A DNA stretch of 64,000 nt from Octopus vulgaris (taxonomy: Eukaryota). The stretch is taken from NCBI GenBank assembly GCA_951406725.2, contig OX597814.1:110050001-110114000 (forward strand). Direction: 5' to 3'. The notes below the pieces were generated by a model. The model had not been told where the DNA came from. It saw only the letters and a list, made by a program, of their open reading frames with translations, and did no database searches. Both the position numbers and the translations under genes were made by a program. Positions 49,629 through 63,519 of the stretch are shown here, piece after piece (the first letter of the stretch is position 1; every line of letters begins with the position of its first letter).

Positions 49629-49829
49629 GCCTTTAGCATTTAAACTGGTCATATCTGGCCATAATATTCTACCTGCTTTATGCTCCACCTGGCCAGAACT
49701 GACTACTCACACCTACCCTACAATTGCACCGTCAATTCTTGAAGTTGTGAGATAATGTCTAATTGATTCAAATCAATGTGAATAAATAGCATTACATTGG
49801 ACAGAGGAGTAATTGTGAATGCTAAAGAG
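49629..49829. mobile_element. piggyBac-like MITE
   Basis: TTAA|GCCTTTAGCATT ... AATGCTAAAGAG|TTAC; a related end lies at 25590-25670. Fragments of a second TTAA-type MITE lie at 48750-48941, 48985-49070 and 49345-49625. Confidence 0.6.
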
Positions 49830-51541
49830 TTACGGCAGTCATCATCATCACCATCATTGTCCATGCTGGCATGGGTTGGACGGTTTGACCGGGCTGGTAA
49901 GCTGGAAGGCTGTATTGGACTCCAGTCTGATTTGGCATGGTGTTCTATGGTTGGTTGCTCTTCCTAATGCCAACAATTCCGAGAGTATAATGGGTGCTTT
50001 TACATGTCACCAGCAAGGGTGCCATTTGCATGACACTGGGGGTGCTTTTACGTGCCACTGGCACAGGTGCCATTTGCATGACACTGGGGTGCTTTAACGT
50101 GCCACTAGATGATAACAAAAGAGTTAATAGTAATGACAAAGTTATTTTACTAAATTCTTCGTTATTTTCAAAGTTTCTGAAAGTTCTTGGCTCTAAGGAA
50201 ATGGTATTGGTCACTGCTGAGAAGGGAGCGAGAGTCAAAGAGTTGCAGAAAGTGATTGCCACCAATTGCTTTCATTACTTTTTGAGATGGAAATGTGTCA
50301 GGTATGGTTTTCTTTCATGTGGATGGAACACACAGAAGAGTTGTTTGTAACGATCTAATTAGCATCGTTGTTAGGTGTCATCTACTCTTAGCAGATTGAA
50401 TATCAAGGATCTCCATTTGGGTAGATCTAAGATCCATGATTTAGTATGGGCATGGGCACAAGAACACCCACTAGAATTTTTGATTTTAGAAATTTTGATT
50501 CTGCACCCCTACTTTTCTCAGCCTTAGAAAACAGTGAATAAAAAGCGATCTGTAAAAATTAGCTCAAAGTTAGATTTCTTCTCAAAAAACAAAAATAAAT
50601 TAAAACCAAAACAATAAAACCTTGTGTGTAATAATTTTTGGATCCCCTATGCAAATTTTGTTCCCGAGCCAGTGAGTATGGGTGCAGTTGGTAACAATCA
50701 CACTTGAATGGTGCTTTTTACATGCCACTGGCACAGAAGCCAGTTAGCTGTCAAGTTGGAAGAATTCTTGCTGTGCTTGGGAAAAATGCTTTGCAACATT
50801 TCGTCTGGTTTTACATTCTGAGTTCAAACTCATTCAAGGTTGACTCTGCCTTTTGTCCTTTTAGAGTCAATAAGTATTGATTGAGTACTGGGGTCAATGT
50901 AATTCCCTTACTCCCTACCCAAAACTTGCTGCCCTTGTAGCAAAATTCGAAACCAACTTTATTATTTTACATTGATGGATGTCAGAATAAATAGAATGAT
51001 TAGACAAAATGGTTCTGGGTTCAGTTTAATCAACTCCCCAGTTTCCCAAATCTAAGCCACCCTCTCACCCCAGTTCTTTTTTCTGTTACATAAATGTAAG
51101 ACAGAATCGGTGGAGCATTAACTTTTAGATAAAACATCTTACAATATTCAATTACATTTTTTTACCTTCAAACTTCAAGTTCCTTTAAGGTCAACTTTGC
51201 CTTTTGTGCTCCCTTGGTCGATAAAGAAACTACCTGTAATATACTAGGTTTGATTTAATCAACTCTTCCAGTCCCTCAAATTTTTGGGCTTTCATCTGAT
51301 TATTTTACCTTCATTGAGGTGAACTTATTGCAGAATGTCAGGCTTTGTGCATCCATGTTTGGACATTGTCCAAGACTGTCTGTCATTTGTTTTTAGGATC
51401 AGTTTGATAAATGCCATAATTATATTAGTTTTGATTCAATAGACATCAGTGTATTCTTTGCAAAATTTGCTTTCTACTTAATCATATTTATATATGAAAT
51501 GTGTGTGTGTGTGTGTGCGCATATATACATACACACACATA

Positions 51542-52847
51542 CAGTCTGCAAAAAAAAATGTATACATACTTTGAGAAAAGAAAAATGTGTAGAAATATTT
51601 TGATACTAAATTCATTCAGACATTATGAGAATAATGCAAGTTACATTTAACCTCTACAATTACAAAAGATGCTCAAAGTGGTGGCCTTTAGCTTACAATC
51701 ACTTATTAGAATGGCAAGCTGCTGCTTGGGCAACATTGGTCAAAGTGTCCAATGGGATTGCTGCATATGCAGTTTCAGTTTCTTCCCAAAGGGCCATCAA
51801 TGTAGCTGGTTTTCTGCAATACATGATATCCTTTAACCTTTGGCACACTGTAGGTGCATAATATCACTGTATGAGTTTTCTCACCTGTAATAACAGGACA
51901 GTGGCAGGGGAAATAATTCTAGAGAAAATGCTGTGTGCTAAAGATTAAGATGTTCCATGAGTAAAAGTCTGCAGGTGTTAAATAAGAAAAACATGCAAGG
52001 AACTCAACTGCACCTCTTTGTCCTATCCAGTGTCCTTGAAAATTCTCTTCCTGGTAAGCTCACATGTCTCTATAGTGTGGAAGTTCACCGTCTGGTCCAT
52101 GAAGTGCATGTGTGGCTGCTAAAATGGACAAGCATAGCATATCTAGGTATGCTTGACTAGTATCAGTACCTTCAAAGAAAAATGGTCCTATAAAACCTCT
52201 TGAGGACACTCCACACCAGACATTTACCCCCCACCAGTAACTTGACTGTTTTGTTCACATATCAAAGAAAAAAGGCAAAAAGAGTTAAAAATAACTTGTA
52301 TTAACCTTGTAATCATCATCATCATTTGTCTGTTTTCCATGCTGGCATGGGTTACAGTTTGACTGGGGACTGGAAAGCCAGGAGGCTGCACCAGGCTTCA
52401 ATCTGATCTGGTAAGGTTTCTACAGCTGGATGCCCTTCCTAGTGCCAACCACTCCAAGAGTGTAGAGGGTGCTTTTTACATACCACCAGCATTGGAGCCA
52501 GACAGGCAGTACTGGCAATGACCTACGCGTGAATGGTGCTTATTGCATACCACTAGCACAAGAGCTAGTCAGGTGGCACTGGCATCAGCCACAACTACAA
52601 TTTCCATTTTTTAATGTGATTTTATTTTTGATTTTATTTGACTCAGTAGGTCTCCTCAAGTGCTGCATGTTGCCTGATGATTCAAAGGCACTTTTTAAAT
52701 GGGTTGGTTATGCGACACTGGTATAGGCTACAGCAGTGATCTTGCCGGGTCTTCTCAATCACAGACGTCTGAATAAATTTCACGTTAAGATATTCCTACA
52801 TGTTTTTATTTAACTGAAGTGTGTATACATTTTTTTGACAGACTCTG
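51542..52847 (-). mobile_element. Decayed Tc1/mariner transposon with an RTE-repeat insertion (52313-52765)
   Basis: ~30-bp TIRs (CAGTCTGCAAAAAAAAATGTATACATACTT) with TA flanks; - strand remnants IGPFFFEG...AYLDML and KDIMYCRKPATL...IPLDTLTNV...GHHFEHLL*. Confidence 0.8.
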
Positions 52848-54529
52848 TATATATAAGCATAGACATGACTGTGGAACCTTGAACAAGAACAAATATCTTC
52901 TATTATAGCCCTGGGCCAACCAAAGTCTTGTGGGTGGGTTTGGTTGACAGGAACTGAAACTTGTGTGTGTTACTAAGTCATTTGGGAACATTTGTTGTAT
53001 TTCATGACATTGTCTATGGAGGAAGCTTTATATTAGTCATGGTTGTTGGTGGTGGTATGATTGACTAATTCCTGGTCAGCTGTGATTGACTAATCTGTTG
53101 CTACACAACTAATCACACGAATGACTAAGAGTAACCCAGTAATCCACAGGCCTGTTATAACTCTAACAAGATGAGGGTCATATGGCACACCCTGGTTTGC
53201 TGTGGGTATGGCGTAGTGTAACAGTGTAGGCATGGTCTTTATATAGTTGTTAGCACTGCCATTTGTATCTTAGTATAAAGTAACTGGCACTCCGTTGGCT
53301 ATGATCCGATCATTGGAACATGCTGCTTGTGAAATTGATGTGCATGTGGCTGAGTACTCCACAGACACATGTCCCCTTAGAGTGGATCGCAGGGAGATTC
53401 AACGTGACACTGAATGTGACAAGGCCGGACCTTTGAGATACAGGTCCAACTCATTTTTGCCAGCTGATTAGACTGGAGCACCATGAAATAAAGTGTCTTG
53501 CTCAAGGACATGATACACCACTCAGAATTGAACTCCTGACCTCATGATTGCGAGCTGAATACCCTAAACACTAAGCTGAATGCTTTCACTGTGATATAAA
53601 GTAGTTCTTAATATTTTGTACTGTAGGGGGAGGTGGTGAGCTGGCAGAATCGTTAGCACATCAGGGAAAATGACTAATGGTGTTTCATACATCTTTACAT
53701 TCTGGGTTCAAACCCCACCTGAGTCGACTTTGCCTTTCACCCTTCTGGAGTCGATAAAATAAGTACCAGTTGAGCCCTGGGGTCAGTATGATTGACTTAT
53801 CTGCTTCTCCGATCTTGCTGGCCTTTTGCCAAAATTTGAAGTCAGTATTGTATCATAGAGCTGAGTTTGAATTCCACCAAGGTCCACTTCCCTTTCATAC
53901 TTTCAAGATCGAGGAAATAAGTACCAGTTAAATACTGGGGTCGATGTAATTGCCTAACCCTCTTCTTATTTCTTTATTGCCCACAAGGGGCCAAACGTAG
54001 AGGGGACAAACAAGGGGATTAAGTCAATTACATTGACTGCAGTGCGTAACTGGTACTTAATTCATCGACCCCAAAAGGATGAAAGGCAAAGTCGACCTCA
54101 GCGGAATTTGAACTCAGAACATAAAAACAGACGAGATATCAATAAGCATTTCGACCAGCTTGCTAACGTTTCTGCCACCTCACTGCCGAGCCCCCTTCTA
54201 CTCCCAAATACCTGGCCCTATGGCTAGAGTAGAAAAGAATATTATATTGTACAGCAGGGTGGTGGATTGGCAGAATTAGCAAAGCATTTGACGAAATGCT
54301 TGCGAAGTATAGATACAGCCCTTTATGTTGTGAGTTCAATCCTTGCTGAAGTCAATTTTGCCTTTTCACCATTTGTGGTTGATAAAATAAAGCACCAGGC
54401 AAGTGTTGCGGTTGATTTAATCTGCTAACCCATCCCCACCAAATTCTTGGCCTTCTGCCATTCTTAAAAATTTTAGAACAGAAATAGGATTGGTAACAAT
54501 AGAGCATCATATTAAACTGTTGTTAATAT

Positions 54530-54910
54530 TGTAGTAGTAGTAGCAGCAGCAGCAACAATGACAGTGATGGTGGTAGTAGCAATAACAGAATTAGTAGTAA
54601 TAGCAACAGCAGTGGTGATGGTGGTAGTAGTAGTAGTAGTAGTGGCAGTGATGGTAGTAGTAGTAATGGTGGTACCGATAGTAGTAGTAGTTGTGGTAGT
54701 AGTAGTAATGATGGTGGTGGCAATAGTAGTAGTAGCAGCGGTGGTGGTTGTTGTAGTAGTAGTAGCGGTGGTGATAGTAATGATGGTAGTGGTTGTAGTA
54801 GAAGCAGCAGCAATAGTAGTAGCGGTGGTGGTGGTGGTTGTTGTTGTAGTAGTAGTAATGATGGTAGTAGTAGTAGCAGTAGTGGTGGTGGTGGTGGTGG
54901 TGGTGGTGGC
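54530..54910. repeat. Degenerate (GTA/GTG/GCA)n trinucleotide tract
   Basis: Direct reading; source of the poly-T, poly-V and poly-H/Y ORFs. Confidence 0.9.
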
Positions 54911-56727
54911 TGTCTGCATTGATCACCTTTTTTGTCTATTATTCTTCTGGGATGATTCAATCATTGTATTTCTTCTGATCATCATCAATTCCACAAAGAA
55001 CATTGATTCTTTGATCAAAGCATTCATTCTCTCTCTTCTATCTGCAGTGCAACCAAATAAATGTTTCCAATCGAAAAATACACTTGGAGTTGGTCCCGCA
55101 GTTTGATTTTTTTTTATTTATTGAAAGTCTCATTTGCTCAGCACTGGCAGACGCTAACTCGTTTGAAACCAACTTGTCTGAAGCACTCCTGGTTCTTCAG
55201 CATCAACCTCCTGTTTAAAATAATCTTTATGTTCCAAATATTATCTTAATAAAGACAAGTTATTTTACTAAATTCTTTATGATTTTCAAAATTATTTCAA
55301 ACAAGGTGGGGTGTAACCGGCCCACTTATGAGTAGCCCTTATTCATTGCTTGTGAAGACCCATTGAGGCAAGTGAAATCAAATCAAAATCGCTGACATGG
55401 CCAATAATAGTACCACCTGATTGGCACTCGTGCCAGTGGAATGTTAAAAGCACTCTAATGATGCTTTTTATGTGCCACCGGCACAGGAGCCAGACAGGCA
55501 GCACTGGCATTGACCATGCTCAAATGGTTCTTTTTACATACATATGTATTTAACATAGACAGGCTTTCAGTTCCCATCTGCCAAATCCACTATAACAAGG
55601 GTTTGGTCTCCTGGAGCTATAATGGAAGACACTTACTCAAGGCATCATCTGGGCCTGAACCCAAAACCACAAGATCAGGAAGCAGACTTCTTAACACACA
55701 GCCAAATCTTCCCTGTAGAATCCTACCTGAAATCAATTCCTGTCCAAGCTGTGCTAGCATGGAGAAATGGACGTCGGACAAAACAAATGTCTTTTAAACG
55801 GCAATAAATCTGTTCCAGATATTATCTTTATTTTTCTCTGTTGATGTTGAAATTATAGGTTTTGAATTTTAAAGTCCAGATTCATGACATTTGCTACTCT
55901 CTTGGTGTGTGTTATGACAGTCACTGCCGTCGTACATGCTGGTTGTTTTAGAAAAACAAGTGCTTAATTCCAAGCCATATTTCTACAGTTTTATTGACAG
56001 ATGGCTCTTTAAATATGCATTATTCTGAATGATTCCTGATATTAGGATTTCTTCCTGGCTATTATATTGGTATAAAAGACGCGTTGATTTTCACGAAGCA
56101 TCACCATGCTGTCAGCTACTATTAAATGGTTACATTCACACACGCAACTCTAAAATTATGCACACATACGTATACATACTTATGCCCCTATACACAAACA
56201 TGCCTCGACACGCAAACACACATACGTATCTATACACCTATGCACATACAAACAAACATATAGCTATACAACTATACACACATACATATATATATATTTA
56301 TACACCTACCTATACACACACACATGCACTCCTACATTTATATAGACACAGACTTACATGATTTGTCACATGAGACAGCCCATACCGCCTTCCTCTTGGA
56401 AAATATAACTATCAGTGACATTTTAGTCAATGAATTTCTTATGAGAAAATTATCTCAGCCATTTTGCTCTAATGTATATTTATTATGATGTAATCTTCTA
56501 GCTTCACTTTATTTTATTTTATTTTATTTCATTTCTCTTATCTTCTGGTGTTCAGAATTTTGGCTGCTGGAAGTATAATGGTAGCTCATTCATATTTGGG
56601 ATGTGTGTGTATATAACATATACATATATATATATACATACATGCACACACATCCATTTACATAAATACAATAAATACATAGATATTTACATGTACACAC
56701 ACATATTGGCTTATACATGTGTAATGT

Positions 56728-56763
<36 letters not shown>

Positions 56764-57685
56764 GATAGATAGATAGATATATAAACAAATTTTAGGTTAT
56801 TTAAAATATGTTTGTGGCATATTTTAACTTCTAAAGGCAAATTCATTGCAATTACCGTGAAGAAAAAATTCTTTCTTCTGGTAAAAGGTATAAAAACCCC
56901 GTATCTGCTCTATGCTTCCCTCTTGTGGTTTCCCAGACGCATGTTTCTAGCTCTTTAACCTTCACCAATGAGAAATACGGAAATGAGGTAACTCTGATAT
57001 CAGAAACGTATTCTAATTAACTTAAAGTTTGCTTATTCCTCATCACTGCTTGGTGTTGATGCTGCTATATATATATATATATCCTTTTACTTGTTTCACT
57101 TATTAGACTGATGCTCATGCTGGAGCACTGTCTTGAAGAATTTCAGTCAAATGAATTGACCCCAGTGCTTATTACTTTTTGGTAAAACCAGGTACTTATT
57201 CAATTGATCTTGTTTGCCAAACCACTAAGTCACAGGGATGTAAACACACACTCACTTATAGATGTATACATGCAACAGCTTCTCTTAGTTTCTATCAGTC
57301 AAATCCACTCACAAGGCTTTGGTCAGCCTGAGACTGGAGAAGAAGACACTTGCTCGAGGTGCCATGCTGTGGGACTGAACTTGGAACCATGTGTTTGAAA
57401 AGCAAACTTCTTACCACACAACCACACCTGCACCTACATATGTATACACACACACAGATCATGTTGACTGGGACAGTAATTTTGACTACTGTCGGTTAAG
57501 AGCCATTCCAACAGTAAATGCTCATTTGTTAGTTTTAAAATTGCTTTCAGGTGACATTATTTAACACACAATATATGTGTGTATATATATTTATATATGT
57601 ATGTATATTAATATATATATGTGTGTGTGTATGCATATATATATATGTATATATGGGCGTAGGAGTGGCTGTGTGTATACATATA

Positions 57686-58127
57686 GGCGTAGGAGTGGCT
57701 GTGTGGTAAGTAGCTTGCTTACGAACCACATGGTTTCGGGTTCAGTCCCACTGCATGGCACCTTGGGCAAGTGTCTTCTACTATAGCCTTGGGCCGACCA
57801 AAGCCTTGTGAGTGGATTTGGTAGATGGAAACTGAAAGAAGCCCGTCGTATATATATATATATATATATTTATATATGTGTGTGTGTGTGTGCTTGTGTG
57901 CGTGCGTGTTTGTCTGTGTTTGTCCCCCCGACATCGCTTGACAATCGATGCTGGTGTGTTTACGTCCCCATAACTTAGCGGTTCGGCAAAAAAGAGACCG
58001 ATAAAATAAGTACTAGGCTTACAAAGAATAAGTCCTGGGGTCAATTTGATCGACTAAAGGTGGTGCTCCAGCATGGCCACAGTCACATGACTGAAGCAAG
58101 TAAATGAGTAAAAGAGAGTAAAAGAGT
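57686..58127 (+). mobile_element. Full-length, little-diverged tRNA/CORE-like SINE
   Basis: Same structure as 16732-17138 with more CpGs retained; the head 19-mer is duplicated at ~57657. Confidence 0.85.
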
Positions 58128-58364
58128 ATATCCAGTCATTTTTTGCTAGTTCTATTTTATCTTTTTGTCTTCTCTCCTTGTGCTGTATGAACATTTAATG
58201 TGGTTTTACAGTCAGATTTTGGGTGCTATTTTCAGCATGGCAGTATCTTGTAGATACCCTAAATTATAATTTTAATAATAATTATTACCTTTGAAGGTTT
58301 TTATTTCCATGCTGGCCACTTGATAAGATCGTTATTTAATTTAAATTAACAATCTTATCCATAT

Positions 58365-58403
<39 letters not shown>

Positions 58404-58407
<4 letters not shown>

Positions 58408-58646
58408 GTTGGTGCATAATTATTGCGGCTTTTTTCAACAAATTTTATTCAACAAAATCAATGACAATATTTAACAAAAATATCTTTAAATGATGGTCTG
58501 ACCGTCTGCCAAGCAAATGGGAAGCATTAATTGAAGTAGATGGTGAATATGCTCTGGAATAATCATTTAAAGATGTTTTTGTTACATGTCATTGTTTTTG
58601 TTAAATAAAATTTGTTGAAAAAATGTCGCAATAATTATGCACCAAC

Positions 58647-58650
<4 letters not shown>
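58404..58650 (+). mobile_element. Mariner deletion-derivative MITE in (TA)n
   Basis: ~52-bp TIRs (TTGTGTTGGTGCATAATTATTGCG...); the internal RLPSKWEALIEVDGEYALE* resembles a mariner transposase C-terminus. Confidence 0.85.
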
Positions 58651-58700
<50 letters not shown>

Positions 58701-61278
58701 AAAAAAATACAAACTGGGACAAGAACGCAAAACATTTAGAAGGCGATACAAAAAACACGGACGGGACATTTGAAGCCTTCAATCTTCAGTCAAGAACCGG
58801 ATCATCCTCGCAATTTCGGCTGATTAATCTATATATATACATATATATATATATATATGTATGTCTACGTATGTATATGTATATTTATGAAAGTAGTAGT
58901 AGTTTGTGACGATTGGAGATGAACAATGAGCGCTGGTTTATTACCTTTCACTTCTTTGGTTATTTCTTCTTAAATTGTTCCATGCCACATTACAGGATCT
59001 TGTTTTATTATTTCTTGAACATCCATTTACTTATTGCCAGCGTATTTAATTACACAGTTGCCAATCTATAATTGCTGTAATTATATTTAACTGATCTCTA
59101 AACTAACCCATCTCAAATATTTTGATTGATTTTTAATTTATTTCTTTACCAGAACCGAAGCCATACAAACTCATTTTCACCGTTTATTGTTCGTAATAAA
59201 TGACTTTGAATATTTCAAACATGGCCGTTTATTTTAGAAATGTGTCTGCTAGTTTAATACATCTGCTTCTGTTTGCCAGTCGACAACAAATGAATATTTA
59301 AAGTTTGCATGCTTTTATTTTTTTAATAATAATTTTGTCTCATGTTTGTTTGCTTACGGTTTGTTTTTCTTTTTTTTTTACCTTTTCATCTTTTGGTTCT
59401 TTCTATTTCGGACGTATCTCCATCTCTTCCTCCTCTGCACCAACATCTATGGTCTTCTGTGGTCCAACCCTGGCCATCCTCCTCCATCACTTCCTCATAA
59501 CCTGACGTCCACCAATCATCTTATTTCTGCTTGACTCTTTCATTCAAACTATTTCAAACCATACACTCTGAAAGTGTTGTCTGTGTGTCTGTGCTTTCAT
59601 CTTTGTTGTCATCATCATCACCATCACTTAACGTCTGTTATCCATGCAGGCACAAGTCAGATGGTTCAACAGGAAATGGCAAAGCGAGAGTACTGAATAG
59701 AGCTCTCTTGTCTACTTCAGCACGGTTTCCACAACTGGATGCCCTTCCTATTGTAACACTATGTCGCATACATATGGTTGTGATGCATGTGCCTGGTGTA
59801 CCCTTATCAAACATGTAGTCATGATGGGTATACTGGGCTTCATATATTTTACCCCAGTGTCATTTTGATGGCATGCACTGCTCTCTCACTCAATAATAAA
59901 ATAATAATAATGCTTGCAAATACTACAAAATTAAATCCCATGATAAGTGGTACAGGCACCATACAGAGGTTGTAATAAATGGTGCTTTATTGTGCTTTAT
60001 ATGTGGCACCAGCACCTGTGAGCTCGCGTGACAAGGACCTCTCAGCTGAGAGAGGGAGTGGAACCGAGAGATTAGAGCTTACATAGAATCAATAACTGTT
60101 ACTACCCCTCTCATGTTACCGTTACCTTCTCACTACCCACTTGCTACCTCGACCTCCCTCTGTCTGTGCGTCATAAATCCCTTGGAAACAGTGTTACTCA
60201 CTTCCAAACATGTCTTCAACAATGGGGCTGCTCTCTGTTTCCAGCAAACCCACTCACAAGGCTTTGGTTGACCTGGGGTTACAGAAGACACCTGTCTATA
60301 GTACCACACCATGGGATTGAACCTGAGACCACATGCTTGCGAAGTAAACTTCTTGACCATACAGATATTCCAGCACCTGTTGTCGATTAGGCCTTATTAT
60401 CCAGTTTGCTCCATCTTTGATCATTACCATGGAATGGTTAGATTGTCAATAGGGGAGACATGTATCTATTTTTTTTAGATTGTGACCATGCTGGGGCACC
60501 ACCTCGAAGAATTTTAGTTGAAATAATTGACCCTCCCCTCCAGCACTTATTTTTTCTAAAGCTTGGTACTTATTCTATCAATCTCTTCTACTGAACTGCT
60601 AAGTTACAGGGAAATAAACACACAAACACCACTTGTCAAGTAGTGGCAGGGGACAGACACACACACACACACAATGACAGGTTATTTCAGTTTCCGTCTA
60701 TCAAATTCACTTTGACCATCCTCAATCTATCGTAGAAGATACTTGCCAAAGGTGCCATGCAGTGGGTTTGAACCCAGAACCATGTGATTGGAAAGCAAAC
60801 GTCTTACCACACAGCCACACCTGCACCTATATAAACTATTTCTCCAATGAGAATTAAAACCTGTCCCATCTATATTTGCATGAAAAAGAAGAAAAAATAA
60901 AACAGAAAAGATGGCTGCTTAAAAAGAAAGAACACCCCTCACCCCCACCCTGAAAATAACTGAATAAAGAAAGAGAGAAGCCAAGCAAATAAATAGTGGT
61001 CATTGGTCATAAATTACATTATTTGACATGTATTTGGTCATTTTCAGTGCTTGTTGATAGATAATAAGAGCTGATGTCCATTAATTCCAAATAATGATTA
61101 TAAATCTAAACTGGTTTCTTATTGTTTGATGGGTTTGTTTTCATATCCAGTTACATTCTGACTATTTCCAGAGATCATCTGGTTTCACCAACAAGTGTAT
61201 AGACTAAGAGGAAATAGTCAGCTTTGATAGCTGACTGATTTATCATCAGCAGGTCTCTTTAATGTCTTCTTTCTGTAG

Positions 61279-61356
61279 GCTGCTGCCGCTGATGGAAGGC
61301 GGCGAAGCTTAGCTGACAGTAAAACAGACTTGGTGCTACTGGTTCTCTAAGAACGA
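61279..61356 (+). other. Candidate 5' UTR exon (alternative donor at 61383)
   Basis: tttaatgtcttctttctgtag| acceptor; abrupt GC/CpG rise; donors GA|gtaaga (61357) and GG|gtaatg (61384); stops in all three frames. Confidence 0.45.
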
Positions 61357-62472
61357 GTAAGAACGAAGTAGTGATAATATCGGGTAATGCTTAGAAAATG
61401 TTTGTAAAAGAGGAGGCAGTCGTTCTCAATGGAAATTGTGGTTATTTAGATATTCTTCGGCAGAAATTGTTGTTGCAAATATACAACAGACAGGTATTAC
61501 TGTGTGATGAAGAAGTTTACTTCCTAACCACATAGTTTTGAGTTCAGTCCCATTATGCAGCATCTTGGGCAAATATATTCTACTACAGCCCTGGGCTGGA
61601 CAAATGCTTGTGAGGGGATTTGGTAGATGGAAACTGAAAGAAGCCTGTCACATGTATGTGTGTATGCTTATGTGTATGTATATAAATTGTGTTATCAGTT
61701 AATCCTTTCTACTATAGGCACGAGGCCTGAAATTGATTACATTATAGTTGATTACATTGATTCCCCCCCAGTACTCAACTGGTACTTAATTTGTTGACCC
61801 CAAAAGGATGAAAGGTAAAGTTGACCTTGGCGGAATTTGAACTCAGAACATAACAACGGGCGAAATGCCACCAATCATTTCATTCAGTGTGCTAACCTAT
61901 GTAAGATTAGAAAAATGAATGTTAAAACGATGATGATGAAATGGAAGATGGGAAATAAAAAGACAAGACAGATTTTTACAATTTGAGATTTATTATATCA
62001 AATATTTGTTTATCTTCATTCATTTCACTATTATTATTATTAGTATTTTTTCTTCCATCACTGTCAATAGTTGTAAGCTTTCTTTGATAAGCCTAAATTC
62101 TAAAATAGAACTATTTTTTGTCATATTTCAACTGTGATTACTAATAGAAATGGATAAACTACTCTACTCTGACAGTTGATTCCAGGGAATTTTATTATTT
62201 GTTGCTAATATCGTTAGCAATGAATAATAATGAATGAGGCAGCAGATAGAGTAGAGCCAGAAGCATAAGTGTGGCTGAGATGCTTGCTTGCCAACCATGC
62301 TGAGCAGCTGTCTTTGGTCTCTTTTGAGGTGGGGGTCGATAAAATAACTACAAGTTGAACTCTAAGGTGAATGTCATTGACTCACCTCTTCTCCTGAAAG
62401 TGCTGGCCTTGTGCCAAAACTTGAAATCATCATCATCATCATAGTTATTATTATCATTATTATTATTATTAT

Positions 62473-62976
62473 TTTTGCATGGCTTCTGACATTGGAGATG
62501 TACTACGGTGCCAGCTGTTCACTACCAGTGAGCTAAGGTAACACCTCTTATTTTTCGAGCGGCTCTAAGCAGTGCTGTTTTCTGCAAGTGCCCCAGCCTT
62601 ATTGCAGCCCTTATTTGTCCCATGAACTTCTCAAGATTTTTACTCACTGTTCCCAGAGCTCTGATAATTATTGGTACTACTACCATCTTCTTCATTGACC
62701 ACAACTGCTTTACCTCCCAAGCTAACCTGTCATATCTATCGACTTTCCTTTCTTCCTTATGGCATACCTTGTTGTCAGCTGGGCATGCTATATCTGTGAT
62801 CCAGCATAGTTTGTTTTCTTTCTCAATTAAGACTATGTCTGGCTTCTTCTCCTCTATCTCATGGTCGCACTGAATCATAAAATCCCGTAGGGTATTTGCA
62901 TTATCATTTTCAATGATGCCTTCGGGTTTATGTTCATACCACTTTTTTGCTCTGTCTAGTCCATACTTGTTGCAAT
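62473..62976 (-). mobile_element. R4/Dong-type 3' fragment, subfamily A
   Basis: ORF 62522-63004: WYEHKPEG...KPDIV...TDIACP...DRLAWEVKQLW; TTA flanks. Confidence 0.85.
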
Positions 62977-63020
62977 AATGATAATTGTTACAACTTTGCA
63001 ACAATTATTATTATTATTAT

Positions 63021-63468
63021 TTATGGTTTCCTTTCATTATAACGTAGTATGTGGGTTGTACTCAAGGTTATCATTTGTAGTTCACAGAAATTGGAGTTAC
63101 CAGGGAATTGCTTATTATACTTCTCAGCTCCCTTCTTTATCATTCCCAACACACCAGTTATTACTGATATCATCATAGTCCTAAGCTTCCCCATATTTGT
63201 GATTTCAATTTGCAGATCTTTATAGTGAGAAAGCTTTTCATATTCTTTTCTTGAGACATTTTGATCTTGTGGGACAAATATATCAATTAACAGACAAGTT
63301 CCTCTATTGTAGTCTTTGATCACAATGTCCGGTCGATTGGAGTCAATTTTTCTGTCTGTTTGTATTGGGAAGTTCCAAGGGATGGTGACACCCTCAACAT
63401 TTATTACAACCTCTGGATGATGCCTGTACCACTTATCATGGGATTTAATTTTGTAGTATTTGCGAGCA
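63021..63468 (-). mobile_element. R4/Dong-type fragment, subfamily E
   Basis: KYYKIKSHDKWYRHHPEVV...WNFPIQTDRKIDSNRPDIV...LLIDIFVP...KLSHYKDLQIEI. Confidence 0.8.
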
Positions 63469-63519
63469 TCATCATCATCATCATCATCATTATTATTATT
63501 ATTATTATATTATTATTAT

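Noticed and set aside
58770-58832. - strand GAAA...CTGAAGA permuted hammerhead (similar CTGATGA at 39206-39212)
   Set aside because: Could not fold stems I and III convincingly.
59382-59567. Purine-rich - strand exon-like segment (tttcag|...AAG|gtaaaa)
   Set aside because: Stops in all frames; at most an antisense non-coding exon.
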